Part shown: one piece after another, positions 41,086 to 51,135 of the stretch
Layout of the letters: every line of letters begins with the position of its first letter
Position numbering within the stretch: the stretch's first letter is position 1
Origin: Bdellovibrionales bacterium
GTDB lineage: Bacteria > Bdellovibrionota > Bdellovibrionia > Bdellovibrionales > UBA1609
Reading direction: 5' to 3'
DNA: 64,000 nucleotides
NCBI GenBank assembly: GCA_965205945.1
Contig: CBDBIB010000003.1
Location: 192,001-256,000 of the forward strand
Notes under the pieces: generated by a model
The model's database searches: none
What the model saw: the letters and a program-made list of their open reading frames with translations, nothing else
Told to the model about the DNA's origin: nothing
Translations under genes and position numbers: made by a program

Positions 41086-41333
41086 AGTAATCTCCTTATA
41101 ATTTCTAATTAAATAGCTATTCAAGAAAAGTGCCAGAGCATATAAGTACAATAAACGCTTTTAGCACTTGATTTATGTTTAAACCTTCTTATATTTTGTG
41201 ACATTTTTTGTCATTAAGAGGTCCCTTTTTGTAAAAGATCAGGGTTTAGGCATACTGTAGAAAAGATGTTTAGCATCGATATTAGTCGAGTTTAAGAAGC
41301 CGCATCTCTGCAAAATTTTCATCCTAAAACTAG

Positions 41334-41801
41334 TTACTCTCTTTTTAAAAAAGTATATTTCCACTTTTTTAAACCCACACCGTAGTCATACATCGTCTCC
41401 CAGGCTTGACGGGAAGCTTTTCTAGAATCATTAAATTTTATTTGTTTTGACCTATAATAAGGGCGGTTTTTTAATTTTTTAAGTTCTATAAAACGTCCAT
41501 TTATAATAGCATTTGAACCTCCTGGAACATCTTTAACATAAACTTTAATTTGAATACTTGATTTTTTTGTAATATCATAAAAATCAGTTATGAATGATTT
41601 TGTATCTTCATCGGTTTTTAAAAAGTAAAAATTTTTTTCAAGAGCCCTTTGTTTTAAATCTTTATAAAACTCCATAGCAGTTTTATTTGATGCTAGAACA
41701 ATTGTATTTATACCATTTTTAATTTTCTCATTATTAAACATACTATGTTGTCTACTGATACAACCTGTTAGTAATACTATTAATAGGGCGATTTTTATCA
41801 T
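41334..41801 (-). CDS. hypothetical lipoprotein
   Basis: GGAGG RBS, lipobox LTGC. Confidence 0.7.
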   Translation of the reverse strand: MIKIALLIVLLTGCISRQHSMFNNEKIKNGINTIVLASNKTAMEFYKDLKQRALEKNFYFLKTDEDTKSFITDFYDITKKSSIQIKVYVKDVPGGSNAIINGRFIELKKLKNRPYYRSKQIKFNDSRKASRQAWETMYDYGVGLKKWKYTFLKRE

Positions 41802-42338
41802 ATTTCCTCCTATACAAATATCGGGAAAAACATAAAAAATCGATACTAGTTTTAAGGATAGTTTAATTTTTTAAATCAAATTCATTTAAATTAATGAAAT
41901 AAAATAAGCCCGATAAAAAGATCTTGTCTAGGAGGTTATTTTTATAATTGTTAATTAAAGATAAGCAGATTTACATGAAAAAACAAAAGAGCAAAAGTAT
42001 TTAAAGAAACAATTAAAAGCGTAACAATTTTTTTTGCTTTAAAGGAGGGCCTGATTTTTACTAAGGACGTTGGAGTGGGTAAGAGTTATTTGACTCAAGT
42101 TATAAGATAGTAATCTTGTTTTTATGGAATTAAAATTTTATTTCTCTATTAATAGATAAGTTTTAAAAAATTAAGGGAAATATCAAGAAACTATTTTAAT
42201 CTAAATTAAAACCAAATTTTATAAAAACTACTTTTTTTAGTTAAATAATAATAATCTTATAGATTAAGGTTTAAAATAGTAATTGTAAAAAACTATGGAC
42301 TTTTGTAAATCTTTAATTATATTAGAAAAATCTAAAGT

Positions 42339-42429
42339 GAAGAGGTGGCTGAGTGGCTGAAGGCGTGCGCTTGGAAAGCGTATAGGCGTTAATAGCGTCT
42401 CGAGGGTTCGAATCCCTCTCTCTTCGCCA
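42339..42429 (+). tRNA. tRNA-Ser(GGA)
   Basis: 91 nt, long variable arm, anticodon loop TTGGAAA, G73 discriminator, CCA. Confidence 0.95.
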
Positions 42430-42658
42430 CTCATCAGGATAAAGCTTTTTTAAAAACTTATTATAAACTTGGGTTTGAAGGGCTAAGAATTTTTCCATAT
42501 TCTTAATGTTATTATCAGTAAAATTTCTTAAAAAATTGCTCATGGTTCTTAGAGAAACAGTTTGACCTTTCATGACAGCTTCTAGATTTGGGCCTTGTCT
42601 AAACTCAATTAAATCATCTAGACAATCGTTGGTTTTTTTTAGGGTTTAATATAGGCAT
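42430..42658 (-). pseudogene. frameshifted ORF running into tRNA-Ser
   Basis: AAAGGAG RBS and ATG 42658; removing one A from the A8 run (42633-40) joins it to the ORF at 42573. Confidence 0.45.
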
Positions 42659-42785
42659 AAATAAATCTCCTTTCCATCTATTTAGTAAAATTTTAGTGAA
42701 AAATATATAAGATTGTTAGGGAGTTTTTTTATATTTATTGTAATATCAAGCAGGTAGGGTTAAAGCAAGGCTCTTAGGAGTAAAG

Positions 42786-44132
42786 ATGAGCGCAGTTTTA
42801 GCTTATTTGGTTGATTTAGTTTGGGGACCAGTTCTTGTAGCCTTATTGTTTTTAGGTGGAGTGTATTTATTTGTTTTATCTAAAGGAAAAGCACTTGCTC
42901 ATTTTGGTTTAGCAATTAGGCTTTTATTCGGATTTTCAGATTTTGGGAAGGATAAACATGCTAAAGGGCAATTGTCGCATTTTAAGGCTTTATCTAATGC
43001 TCTAGCTTCAACAATAGGGTTAGGAAATATTGCAGGTGTGGCACTTGCAATCTCTCAAGGGGGCCCGGGAAGTCTTTTTTGGATGTGGGTTTCTGGTTTT
43101 ATTGGAATGAACACAAAGTTTTTTGAAAGTACGTTGTCGCTGTTGTTTAGAGGTGTGGATGTTAAAGGTCAGATTCAAGGTGGTCCAATGTATTATATTC
43201 CTAAAGTATTTAAAGGTTCTTTAGGAGTATATTTAGGGATATTTTTTGCTGTGGTTGGACTTATTGGTACTCAGGCAATGTTTCAGACAAATCAACTTGC
43301 AGGTTATTTGAATCTAGAAGCACAGGTTCCTACTTGGGTGACAGGCATGGTCATGGCAATAGCTACGGCAATTATTTTATTAGGGGGGTTAAAAAGAATA
43401 GCTCAAGTTACATCAGCAGTGGTTCCAGTAATGTGTATTCTTTATGTAGGTGCGTGTTTAACAATTATAGGAATGAATATTGGAAAAGTTTTGGAAGTTT
43501 TTATACTGATTTTTACAGAAGCATTTTCATTTAATGCAGTTGGAGGTGGTGTAGGGGGTTATGCAATTGTGCATGTTTTTAAGGTTGGTATTAAAAGAGG
43601 GACGTTTTCTAATGAGGCTGGGACAGGTACAGCACCGATGGCTCATGGAAATGCAAAGACATCAGAACCTTTGAGCGAGGGGTTGGTTGCAATGCTTGGG
43701 CCTTTTATTGATACTGTTATTGTTTGTACTATGACAGCTTTAGTGATTTTAACGTCTATTGATTTAACAACATTAAATGCAGATATTAAAGGGGTTCTTC
43801 TTACAGCCAGAGCATTTCAAAATAACCTTGGAAGTTTTGGAGTTTTTATATTAGGTCTTTCGATTTTCTTTTTTAGTTTTTCAACAATGATCGGAATGGC
43901 AAACTATAATGAAAAGTGCTGGGTTTATTTATTTAAAAATAATAGAGTGTTAAATAATAAGGTGTTTATTGCTATGTTTTCAACAATGTTATTTTTAGGA
44001 GCTATTGGAACAATAACTGATATTATTAACTTTATTGATCTGGGATTTGGCTTAATGGCATATTTAAATATGTTGGCAATACTATTTGCAGCTCCTTTAG
44101 TTATAAAGGAGCTTAGGTTAAAATTAAAATAG
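42786..44132 (+). CDS. alanine/glycine:cation symporter (AGCS)
   Basis: LASTIGLGNIAGVA, GGPGSLFWMW, GGPMYY, FSNEAG.G.AP.AH. Confidence 0.95.
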   Translation: MSAVLAYLVDLVWGPVLVALLFLGGVYLFVLSKGKALAHFGLAIRLLFGFSDFGKDKHAKGQLSHFKALSNALASTIGLGNIAGVALAISQGGPGSLFWMWVSGFIGMNTKFFESTLSLLFRGVDVKGQIQGGPMYYIPKVFKGSLGVYLGIFFAVVGLIGTQAMFQTNQLAGYLNLEAQVPTWVTGMVMAIATAIILLGGLKRIAQVTSAVVPVMCILYVGACLTIIGMNIGKVLEVFILIFTEAFSFNAVGGGVGGYAIVHVFKVGIKRGTFSNEAGTGTAPMAHGNAKTSEPLSEGLVAMLGPFIDTVIVCTMTALVILTSIDLTTLNADIKGVLLTARAFQNNLGSFGVFILGLSIFFFSFSTMIGMANYNEKCWVYLFKNNRVLNNKVFIAMFSTMLFLGAIGTITDIINFIDLGFGLMAYLNMLAILFAAPLVIKELRLKLK

Positions 44133-44134
44133 TA

Positions 44135-44800
44135 TTAGGCAACACTAAGTGCAGATTGTCTTCTTAAAACTCGATTAATTGTAATATCTGCTTGTGTTGT
44201 AAAAATAATTTCACGAATTTTGTTTTTTAAAGTCTCTTTTTCAGAAGAATTTGCAAGCTTAAACTTTACTCCGATTAGATCGTAATAGGAAGAGCCTTCT
44301 TTTAGCCTTTCTGCAGAGAGTATTCGAACAGCTTCTCCGGAAATATTAAAAGCATTAAGTTTTATGCTATTATTTGTATAAAAATGTATTTTAATCTTTG
44401 AATCAGGTCGAACTTTTCCTCGAGGGAGTTTAATTAGACATCCTCCAGTGCTTAGTTCAATGCACTCACTTTTAAATGTGTAATCGCCAAGAATTGTAAG
44501 TACTTCAGAAGAAAGTGGGATTCGTATAGATCTTCTAAAAGGGATATCATCGTTCTCATTTTTGGTAATATTGTTTTTAGAAAGAGCGTGTTTAATATTT
44601 TCAAGAGTAAAGTTTTTAAAATCTAGAGCTGAATGCCAAGCTCCTAAGCCACGGTAGGTGATAAAATGATCCTGTTCAATATCTTTATTATCTAGCATGC
44701 TTAGAATCTCTAGATAGCTGTATGGACCACTCTCACGAGTCTTAATTTGAATATACCAGTGAAGATTTTTTGCTATGTCATTTGGTATGAGCTTAATCAT
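44135..44800 (-). CDS. GYF_2-like plus PilZ domain protein
   Basis: WYI...GPYS..EI..ML N-domain; RRSIR and ELSTGG c-di-GMP-binding motifs. Confidence 0.8.
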   Translation of the reverse strand: MIKLIPNDIAKNLHWYIQIKTRESGPYSYLEILSMLDNKDIEQDHFITYRGLGAWHSALDFKNFTLENIKHALSKNNITKNENDDIPFRRSIRIPLSSEVLTILGDYTFKSECIELSTGGCLIKLPRGKVRPDSKIKIHFYTNNSIKLNAFNISGEAVRILSAERLKEGSSYYDLIGVKFKLANSSEKETLKNKIREIIFTTQADITINRVLRRQSALSVA

Positions 44801-44984
44801 ATTCCTCCTTTTAATAATATACTTTCATTATTAACCTCGGTGAAACTGGACTTAAGGTTTAATTTTTAAAATAAATGTTTTAAAATGAGTTACTTTAAAG
44901 GGAGTTTTTAATTTAAATCATTGTATAAATCATTGACGATTTTTTAAGAACTTTAGAGACTATAACAAATCTGTGGAGGATATT

Positions 44985-45731
44985 TTGTCTGTAATATCAA
45001 TTATTAATCAAAAAGGCGGAGTAGCAAAAACAACGACGGCTGTAAATGTGGCACATGCTTGGGCTAAAAATGATAAAAAAGTATTGTTAATAGATCTAGA
45101 CCCTCAGGCATCAGCAACAAAAGCAGTTTTTGGTGATAGAGAGTTTGATTATACATCATTTGATTTAGTGAGCGGTAAAGTAGGGGTTAAACAAATTATC
45201 CAGTATTCAAAGAATTTTGAATGTGATGTTATACCTGGTGAGATTTTACTAAGTGGGATTGACATTCAGTTAGCGGCTCAATTTGGAAGAGAAAAATTTT
45301 TAAAAAGAAGTTTGATTCCTGTAAAAGCACAGTATGATAAAATTATTATAGATTGTTCACCAACGCTGGGGCTTTTAACAATCAATGCGTTGATGGCATC
45401 AGATGATATTCTTATTCCTATTTGTCCTGAGTACTTCTCATTAAAAGGTATTGAGCTAATTTTAGATACTCTTAGAAATATTAGAGCTGGATTAGGGCAT
45501 CAAATTAATATTAAAGGTATTTTAATAACGAGATTTAAAAATAGACGTATTGTTAAATCAGTGATTCAAGAAGTAGAAGATCGTTATGGACTTAAGGTTT
45601 TTAAAGACTATATTCCAGATAATATTGTTGTTGAAGAGGCTCATCATAACCATCTTCCGGTTGCTAGTTATGCTCCTCGTTCAAAGGCTGCAAAATCCTA
45701 TGAGGCTTTAGCAGAGGATTTAATGTTATGA
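44985..45731 (+). CDS. ParA/Soj-family ATPase (orphan)
   Basis: NQKGGVAKTT, IDLDPQ, IDCSP.LG.LT.NAL; TTG start after GGAGGA. Confidence 0.92.
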   Translation: MSVISIINQKGGVAKTTTAVNVAHAWAKNDKKVLLIDLDPQASATKAVFGDREFDYTSFDLVSGKVGVKQIIQYSKNFECDVIPGEILLSGIDIQLAAQFGREKFLKRSLIPVKAQYDKIIIDCSPTLGLLTINALMASDDILIPICPEYFSLKGIELILDTLRNIRAGLGHQINIKGILITRFKNRRIVKSVIQEVEDRYGLKVFKDYIPDNIVVEEAHHNHLPVASYAPRSKAAKSYEALAEDLML

Positions 45732-46174
45732 AATCAAATCCATTATTTCATGATTCAACAGTTACTCAAGGTGCAAATGTTCAAACTCAATTTGAATTAA
45801 CAAGGGTTAAACTAAAAAACAAACAGGTTTTGTGTTTAAAGCTTATTATTGGCAATGATATTCGTTATATAGAAATGAACTTAAAACAAGAAGGAGTTTT
45901 CCATGCTTCAGCTTGGATTCAACATAGAAAACATATTTCCTATCAGTTTTTTATTCAAATAGGTGGAGAGCCTTTGTATGCTTCTAAGTTAAAAAAATCA
46001 TTAGCACTTCATACAGTATCTGAAGTTTGGGAGCCTTTAAGCGATACGGATTGGAAGAGAGATTTTCAAAAAATTCCAGATATAGAAAGAAAGAAATTAA
46101 ACTTTGTAGGTACTCAGAAAATAACTCCTCAAGAAACATATTTAGATAATTTAATAGAAAAATGGGATTTATAA
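45728..46174 (+). CDS. hypothetical protein translationally coupled to parA
   Basis: ATGA overlap with the parA stop; 148 aa. Confidence 0.7.
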   Translation: MKSNPLFHDSTVTQGANVQTQFELTRVKLKNKQVLCLKLIIGNDIRYIEMNLKQEGVFHASAWIQHRKHISYQFFIQIGGEPLYASKLKKSLALHTVSEVWEPLSDTDWKRDFQKIPDIERKKLNFVGTQKITPQETYLDNLIEKWDL

Positions 46175-46271
46175 TTAAGTCTAAGAAGAGAGGTTTTTTT
46201 TAGATGAATAATTTATATTTAAAATCACTTTTAATTTTACCGTTTAAATACTAAAAAATTTTTATATGGAG

Positions 46272-47321
46272 TTAGTTTTTTTTATTTAAATCTCTCCAAG
46301 ATTTTCCAGCCCTTGCACGCTTAGAAAGTTGAAATTTTCTTACTGCTGCAGAATGCTCTGCATAAGTTTTAGAAAAATAGTGGGTACCATCATTTTTACT
46401 TACAAAGTATAAGTAATCTGTTTTTGCAGGTTCGCAAACGGCTTTCATAGCTTTAAGTCCTGGATTAGATATGGGCCCTAAAGGCAAGCCTTTAAACGCG
46501 TACGTATTGTATTTATTTTTTTCTAATAAGTGTTTTTGTTTAATGTTAAACAGTCTTTTACCTGTTTTTACCCATTCTCCATATATTGTTGTTGGATCAC
46601 TCTGTAAGCGCATTCTTTTTTTGAATCTATTTAAGAAAACAGAGGCAATTAAAGGTCTTTCATGGGAAGCTCCTGTCTCCTTTTCAACAATACTTGCAAG
46701 TGTAATTAATTGATGTTGATTAAAGCCTATGGGTAAAGATGAGTTTTTCATTAAAAGTTGAAAGTTGTTTTGATGTGTCTTAATTAAAGTTTTAAGAATA
46801 AAGGTCTCTTTTGTGTTTTTAGAAAATTCATAAGTTGCTGGAAATAAATATCCTTCAAAGCTTTGAACATTATATCCTAAATTTTTAGAAGCTTGTTTTT
46901 GAGATCTTAAAAGCTTTAAAAATTTTTCTTTTGAAGAAATAATCTCTTTCTTTTTTAAAAGGTCGGCTATTTCAAATATGTTATAGCCTTCAGGGATAGA
47001 AACCTTATATTTTACAACTTTACCAGTAGAAAAATCTTGAAGTATTCTTTTTAAACTTGTTCCTTTTTTAAAAAAATACTCTCCAACTTTTAATGATCTT
47101 TCTAATTTATTTAATTTAAGATAAATTTTTAATACTTGAGGTGAAATTTTAGACTCTTCTTTTATAAGTTTATAAATTACTGCATAAAAACTTTCACCAT
47201 CATCAACAACAATCCTTATATTTTTAGAAATTGGGTGAGATAAACTATTTTGATATAGTACAGTCGCTCCGCTTAATAATATACCTACACAGATTGTTAG
47301 AAGCACTACAATTTTTTTCAT
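46272..47321 (-). CDS. mltG: endolytic transglycosylase MltG
   Basis: EGYLFPATY, LASIVEKE, LQSDPT, YNTY...GLP.GPI.NPG, YLYFV. Confidence 0.95.
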   Translation of the reverse strand: MKKIVVLLTICVGILLSGATVLYQNSLSHPISKNIRIVVDDGESFYAVIYKLIKEESKISPQVLKIYLKLNKLERSLKVGEYFFKKGTSLKRILQDFSTGKVVKYKVSIPEGYNIFEIADLLKKKEIISSKEKFLKLLRSQKQASKNLGYNVQSFEGYLFPATYEFSKNTKETFILKTLIKTHQNNFQLLMKNSSLPIGFNQHQLITLASIVEKETGASHERPLIASVFLNRFKKRMRLQSDPTTIYGEWVKTGKRLFNIKQKHLLEKNKYNTYAFKGLPLGPISNPGLKAMKAVCEPAKTDYLYFVSKNDGTHYFSKTYAEHSAAVRKFQLSKRARAGKSWRDLNKKN

Positions 47322-48805
47322 AAACTTATTCCCGGAGGAGGTACGATCTTACTGTAATTAGTGTAATCTTCTAATGAAGCCATTGGAGTTGTACAGTAGT
47401 AGACGGCATGATGAGCTGATGGGCGGTCATTTCCAGATTTTTTTGTTCCTCCAAAAGGAAGTCTTGAGCTTGCACCATTTGTTGTTCTATTCCAGTTAAG
47501 AAGTCCAATATTTAAAGTTTTATATGTTTTCTTATATAAATCTTTGCTTTTTGTGAAAATAGAAGACACTAAACCAAAATGAGAAGAATTAATACAGTCT
47601 AGAGTGCTGTCTAAATCACTGACCTTAATAATCGCAACATTAGGTCCAAAGATTTCTTGTGTTAAGTATATTGAATTTGGGTTATAGCTTTTCATGGCAT
47701 AAATACTTGGACTCACATAGTTTCCAGGTCTTTTCATCTCTAAGTGCTTTCCTCGCATTATACATTCAGCTCCTTCTCTTACGGCAATTTGTTGAAAGGT
47801 AAGATATTTTTCAACAGATTCTTTACTTATAAGCGGCCCCATAAATATGTTTTCTTCTGCCCAGTGACCGATCTTAATTTTTTTAGCAGCTTGATAAAGT
47901 TTATTTAAAAAATCATCGTATATGTTGTTATGGACAAAAAGAATACTTGTACACGAACATCTTTGTCCTGCAGATAAAAAACTACCCATTAAAGATTCAA
48001 ATACAGCTTTATCAAGCTGAGCATCCTCCCAAATTATAGATGTGTTTTTCCCACCCATTTCTAAGGCTAAAGTTTTCCAATAATGTGTAATCGTATTCTG
48101 CTTAATTTGAAGGCCCACATCATATGAACCAGTAAATAAGACACCGTCTACATTTTTATGAGAAACCAATCTTTTTCCTATTTGAGCTTTTCCCTGAACT
48201 AAATTAAACACACCTTTTGGAAAATTTGCTTTTTTATAACAGTCAGCCATTAATTGTCCTGTAAAAGGTGTTTTATCCGAGGGTTTAAACACAACCGTAT
48301 TTCCTGTTAATAATGCTGGAACCATATGTCCATTGGGCAAATGAGCAGGGAAATTAAATGGTCCTATAACAGCCATCACCCCCTTAGCTTTATAGCGGAT
48401 AACACCGTCTACTCCAGGTAAAGCGTTTTTAATTTTTTCCTCATTAACAAGTTTTATAGAGTAATTAGTTGTTATATTAATTTTTCCACAAAGAGCTTTT
48501 GCCTCCGTTCTTGATTCCCACAGAGGCTTACCTGTTTCTCTACTAATAATTCTAGCAAAGTCTTCTTCTTTAGAATTAAAAATTTCAGCCAATCTATTTA
48601 AATATGTCATTCGTTCATTTAAATCTAATTTTGACCATGTTTTAAAGGCTTTTGATGCTGACTCTATGGCCCGATCTACATTTAAATACTTAACACCTAC
48701 AGTGCCTATTAGATCTGTATAATTTGCAGGGCTTTTTACTTTAAAAGATTCATCTTCATCTTGAAAAGAATCAAATGATCCATTAATATAATCACCTAAA
48801 TACAT
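47318..48805 (-). CDS. astD: succinylglutamate-semialdehyde dehydrogenase
   Basis: ETGKPLWE, GPFNFPAHLPNGH..PALL.GN, ALEMGG, SAGQRC, GASS.LPFGG...SGN.RPSA. Confidence 0.85.
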   Translation of the reverse strand: MYLGDYINGSFDSFQDEDESFKVKSPANYTDLIGTVGVKYLNVDRAIESASKAFKTWSKLDLNERMTYLNRLAEIFNSKEEDFARIISRETGKPLWESRTEAKALCGKINITTNYSIKLVNEEKIKNALPGVDGVIRYKAKGVMAVIGPFNFPAHLPNGHMVPALLTGNTVVFKPSDKTPFTGQLMADCYKKANFPKGVFNLVQGKAQIGKRLVSHKNVDGVLFTGSYDVGLQIKQNTITHYWKTLALEMGGKNTSIIWEDAQLDKAVFESLMGSFLSAGQRCSCTSILFVHNNIYDDFLNKLYQAAKKIKIGHWAEENIFMGPLISKESVEKYLTFQQIAVREGAECIMRGKHLEMKRPGNYVSPSIYAMKSYNPNSIYLTQEIFGPNVAIIKVSDLDSTLDCINSSHFGLVSSIFTKSKDLYKKTYKTLNIGLLNWNRTTNGASSRLPFGGTKKSGNDRPSAHHAVYYCTTPMASLEDYTNYSKIVPPPGISL

Positions 48806-48815
48806 AAATTCCCCT

Positions 48816-49838
48816 TTAATACTCTACTGGTAGTATAAACGTTTCTTGGTTAGAAACAAACTCTAAGGGTCTGTTTTGTTCTTCACTTATAGAAACTTGA
48901 TTTTTTGAAATTTTAGGACAACATAATATTGCTCTAAATTCTTTAGACGATACACCGCCAACTAAATACATTTTTTTTTGCGGTGCAAGATTTTTTTTGA
49001 CCTTAAGTTTTAATCTCTTAAAAGCCTGGATGGGTTTAGCAAGCTTTGTTTGTACACCAAGGTGTGGGCCGCCATCAAAGGGGTCTATTTCATTCTTATA
49101 GGTAAAGCCAAGTTTTTGCATAAGAGCTTTTGCAGGCTTGGTACTTTTTCCAACTTTGCCAATAAGGGTTTTGGCCTTTGATTCTAACAGAGTTATATAG
49201 ATTTTATCTTCTGGAAATAAGTCTTTAATGAATTTTGTATTTGTATGACTCAAACGGTCTGCTTTTTTATAGGATAAACCTGTAAAGCGTTTTCCTAAAG
49301 CCTCCCAGAATTCGCTTTGTCCATGAGCTGTTAAAGGAGGGGCTAGTTCACAGTGTAACTCTTCTTGGAATTTTTTTTTATGTGCGGCAATAAACATAAA
49401 ACGAACAAGGCTTATTATTTTGCCAATTTTTTCAGGTCTTTGCCTATAATTCTTATCAACAATTAAACCGCCTAATTCAGTAGGACCATCATAGTTTTCT
49501 TTAAGATTTAATATTTGATGGGTAAGCTTTAATCCTAAGTTTGAGCTAGATTTTTCCTTTTCTTCAATCTTATAAAAAATATGAGGGTTATTTTTAGTTC
49601 CATGCTTAGAAACTATTTTAGAAGCTGCAATTACTTTATTAATTTTACTATCTTCTGCTACAAAGAGAAACTTACTTTCATTAAAGGGAAGTTTGCATTT
49701 AAAAGATTTCTCACTAATTCGTAAAATTTTTTTAAGTTTTGTTTTATTAGCGGGTAAATTTAAGAGTGAAAATTGATTTGCTAATATATATAAATCTTTT
49801 AAGTCACTTATTCGAGATTGCCTTAAGTATATACTCAT
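48816..49838 (-). CDS. astA: arginine/ornithine N-succinyltransferase
   Basis: NLPAN, GPTELGGL, RFMFIA, SEFWEALG.RF, IDPFDGGP. Confidence 0.88.
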   Translation of the reverse strand: MSIYLRQSRISDLKDLYILANQFSLLNLPANKTKLKKILRISEKSFKCKLPFNESKFLFVAEDSKINKVIAASKIVSKHGTKNNPHIFYKIEEKEKSSSNLGLKLTHQILNLKENYDGPTELGGLIVDKNYRQRPEKIGKIISLVRFMFIAAHKKKFQEELHCELAPPLTAHGQSEFWEALGKRFTGLSYKKADRLSHTNTKFIKDLFPEDKIYITLLESKAKTLIGKVGKSTKPAKALMQKLGFTYKNEIDPFDGGPHLGVQTKLAKPIQAFKRLKLKVKKNLAPQKKMYLVGGVSSKEFRAILCCPKISKNQVSISEEQNRPLEFVSNQETFILPVEY

Positions 49839-51130
49839 GTGTATCCTTTACTAATTTCTTTAAAAAGTTTTCTATATGAATGACAAGAATCGATTAACGT
49901 ATCTATTAGAATAGATTCATTTGGTTTTTTTGCTAAGCCCTCTTCTCCTGCTCCTAAAATAACAACATCATCACAAACTTTGGAGAACAAACTTGCCTCA
50001 GTAGCGTTTAAACAATAAAGGTTTTCACCTTGAGCTCTTTTTTTATTTACGTAAGGTGCTTGTGCATCTACGATGACAACTTCTCCCCCCACAGATTTAA
50101 CCATGTTTTCAAACTCTTTAAACCAAGCGTCTAAAGCTCTAGGGCTGGTATGTGCAGGGATTAGATTAAATCCAAAAAAAGTTACACCTTTTTTTGAATC
50201 AAAACACTGTCCAATGTGTATTGCTCGTTTTAATCTTGAGTTTTTAAATTTTTTCCTTAACTTATGATCAAGCTTAATAAGTTTTTCACTAAAGCTTTCA
50301 AATTTTAAAGTCATTGAATCTTTAAATGGAGGTAGAGAGTCAATTTCAAAATAAGTTGTTTCAGGCTCTTTTGTAGTCTCCACACCTCCATCTAGATCAA
50401 GTATTAAAGTTCCTTTTGGTAGGTGTTTACAAGATTCTATCATTTGAAATATTGTGTTATCGGCTAAACCATCGCCGCCTACATAGCTGTAAACCTTGCT
50501 TTGAGAAGATATGTTTTCTTTTAAATCATGTTTTTTTCTAAGTTCTTTTTCTTTATCTGAGAAAGGGAAAAAGACTTTTATTTTTAATCTTCCCGCACTT
50601 CCATGTAAGACTTTGTTTTCTGTTGGATGAGCAACACAAACCTTATTGATTAATCTATTTATTAAAACTTCAGAAAGAAGTCGTTTTGCTCCACGCATTT
50701 TATTCTCTCTGCCATGACCAATGGCAATTAGAATATTTGTATCTTTAAAATCATCTTCATTAAGAATCGATTTTAATGCCAATACCTGTGATACCAATGA
50801 TATTTTTTCATGAGCTGCACCTAATCCATACATACGTCCACTTTTTACAGTAATAGATAAGGGATCAAAATTTGTCTCTGACCAAAGAGACAATTGACTA
50901 GGGCTTGCGGTATCAGCATTAACATAGCAAACTAGATCAATTTCTTTTTTTGCAGGGTTGGTTTCAATATAGTATGTTGTTGTTTCACCATGAACAGGAA
51001 GACTTTTCCATTTTAATTCAGGAAAAACATAATCTAATGTTTTTCCAAATAAAACTGTGCCTGATCTTTCACTAGACTCTGAGCTTAATATTTTTTGACT
51101 GACATTAAGTATATTAACTTTATTAAACAT
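49835..51130 (-). CDS. M20/ArgE-DapE-like protein with degenerate metal ligands
   Basis: Fold landmarks W...PL.....GRMYGLGA, G.E.KMRGA, HPT, PNESI are retained; ligand residues are altered. Confidence 0.7.
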   Translation of the reverse strand: MFNKVNILNVSQKILSSESSERSGTVLFGKTLDYVFPELKWKSLPVHGETTTYYIETNPAKKEIDLVCYVNADTASPSQLSLWSETNFDPLSITVKSGRMYGLGAAHEKISLVSQVLALKSILNEDDFKDTNILIAIGHGRENKMRGAKRLLSEVLINRLINKVCVAHPTENKVLHGSAGRLKIKVFFPFSDKEKELRKKHDLKENISSQSKVYSYVGGDGLADNTIFQMIESCKHLPKGTLILDLDGGVETTKEPETTYFEIDSLPPFKDSMTLKFESFSEKLIKLDHKLRKKFKNSRLKRAIHIGQCFDSKKGVTFFGFNLIPAHTSPRALDAWFKEFENMVKSVGGEVVIVDAQAPYVNKKRAQGENLYCLNATEASLFSKVCDDVVILGAGEEGLAKKPNESILIDTLIDSCHSYRKLFKEISKGYT

Positions 51131-51135
51131 AAAGC

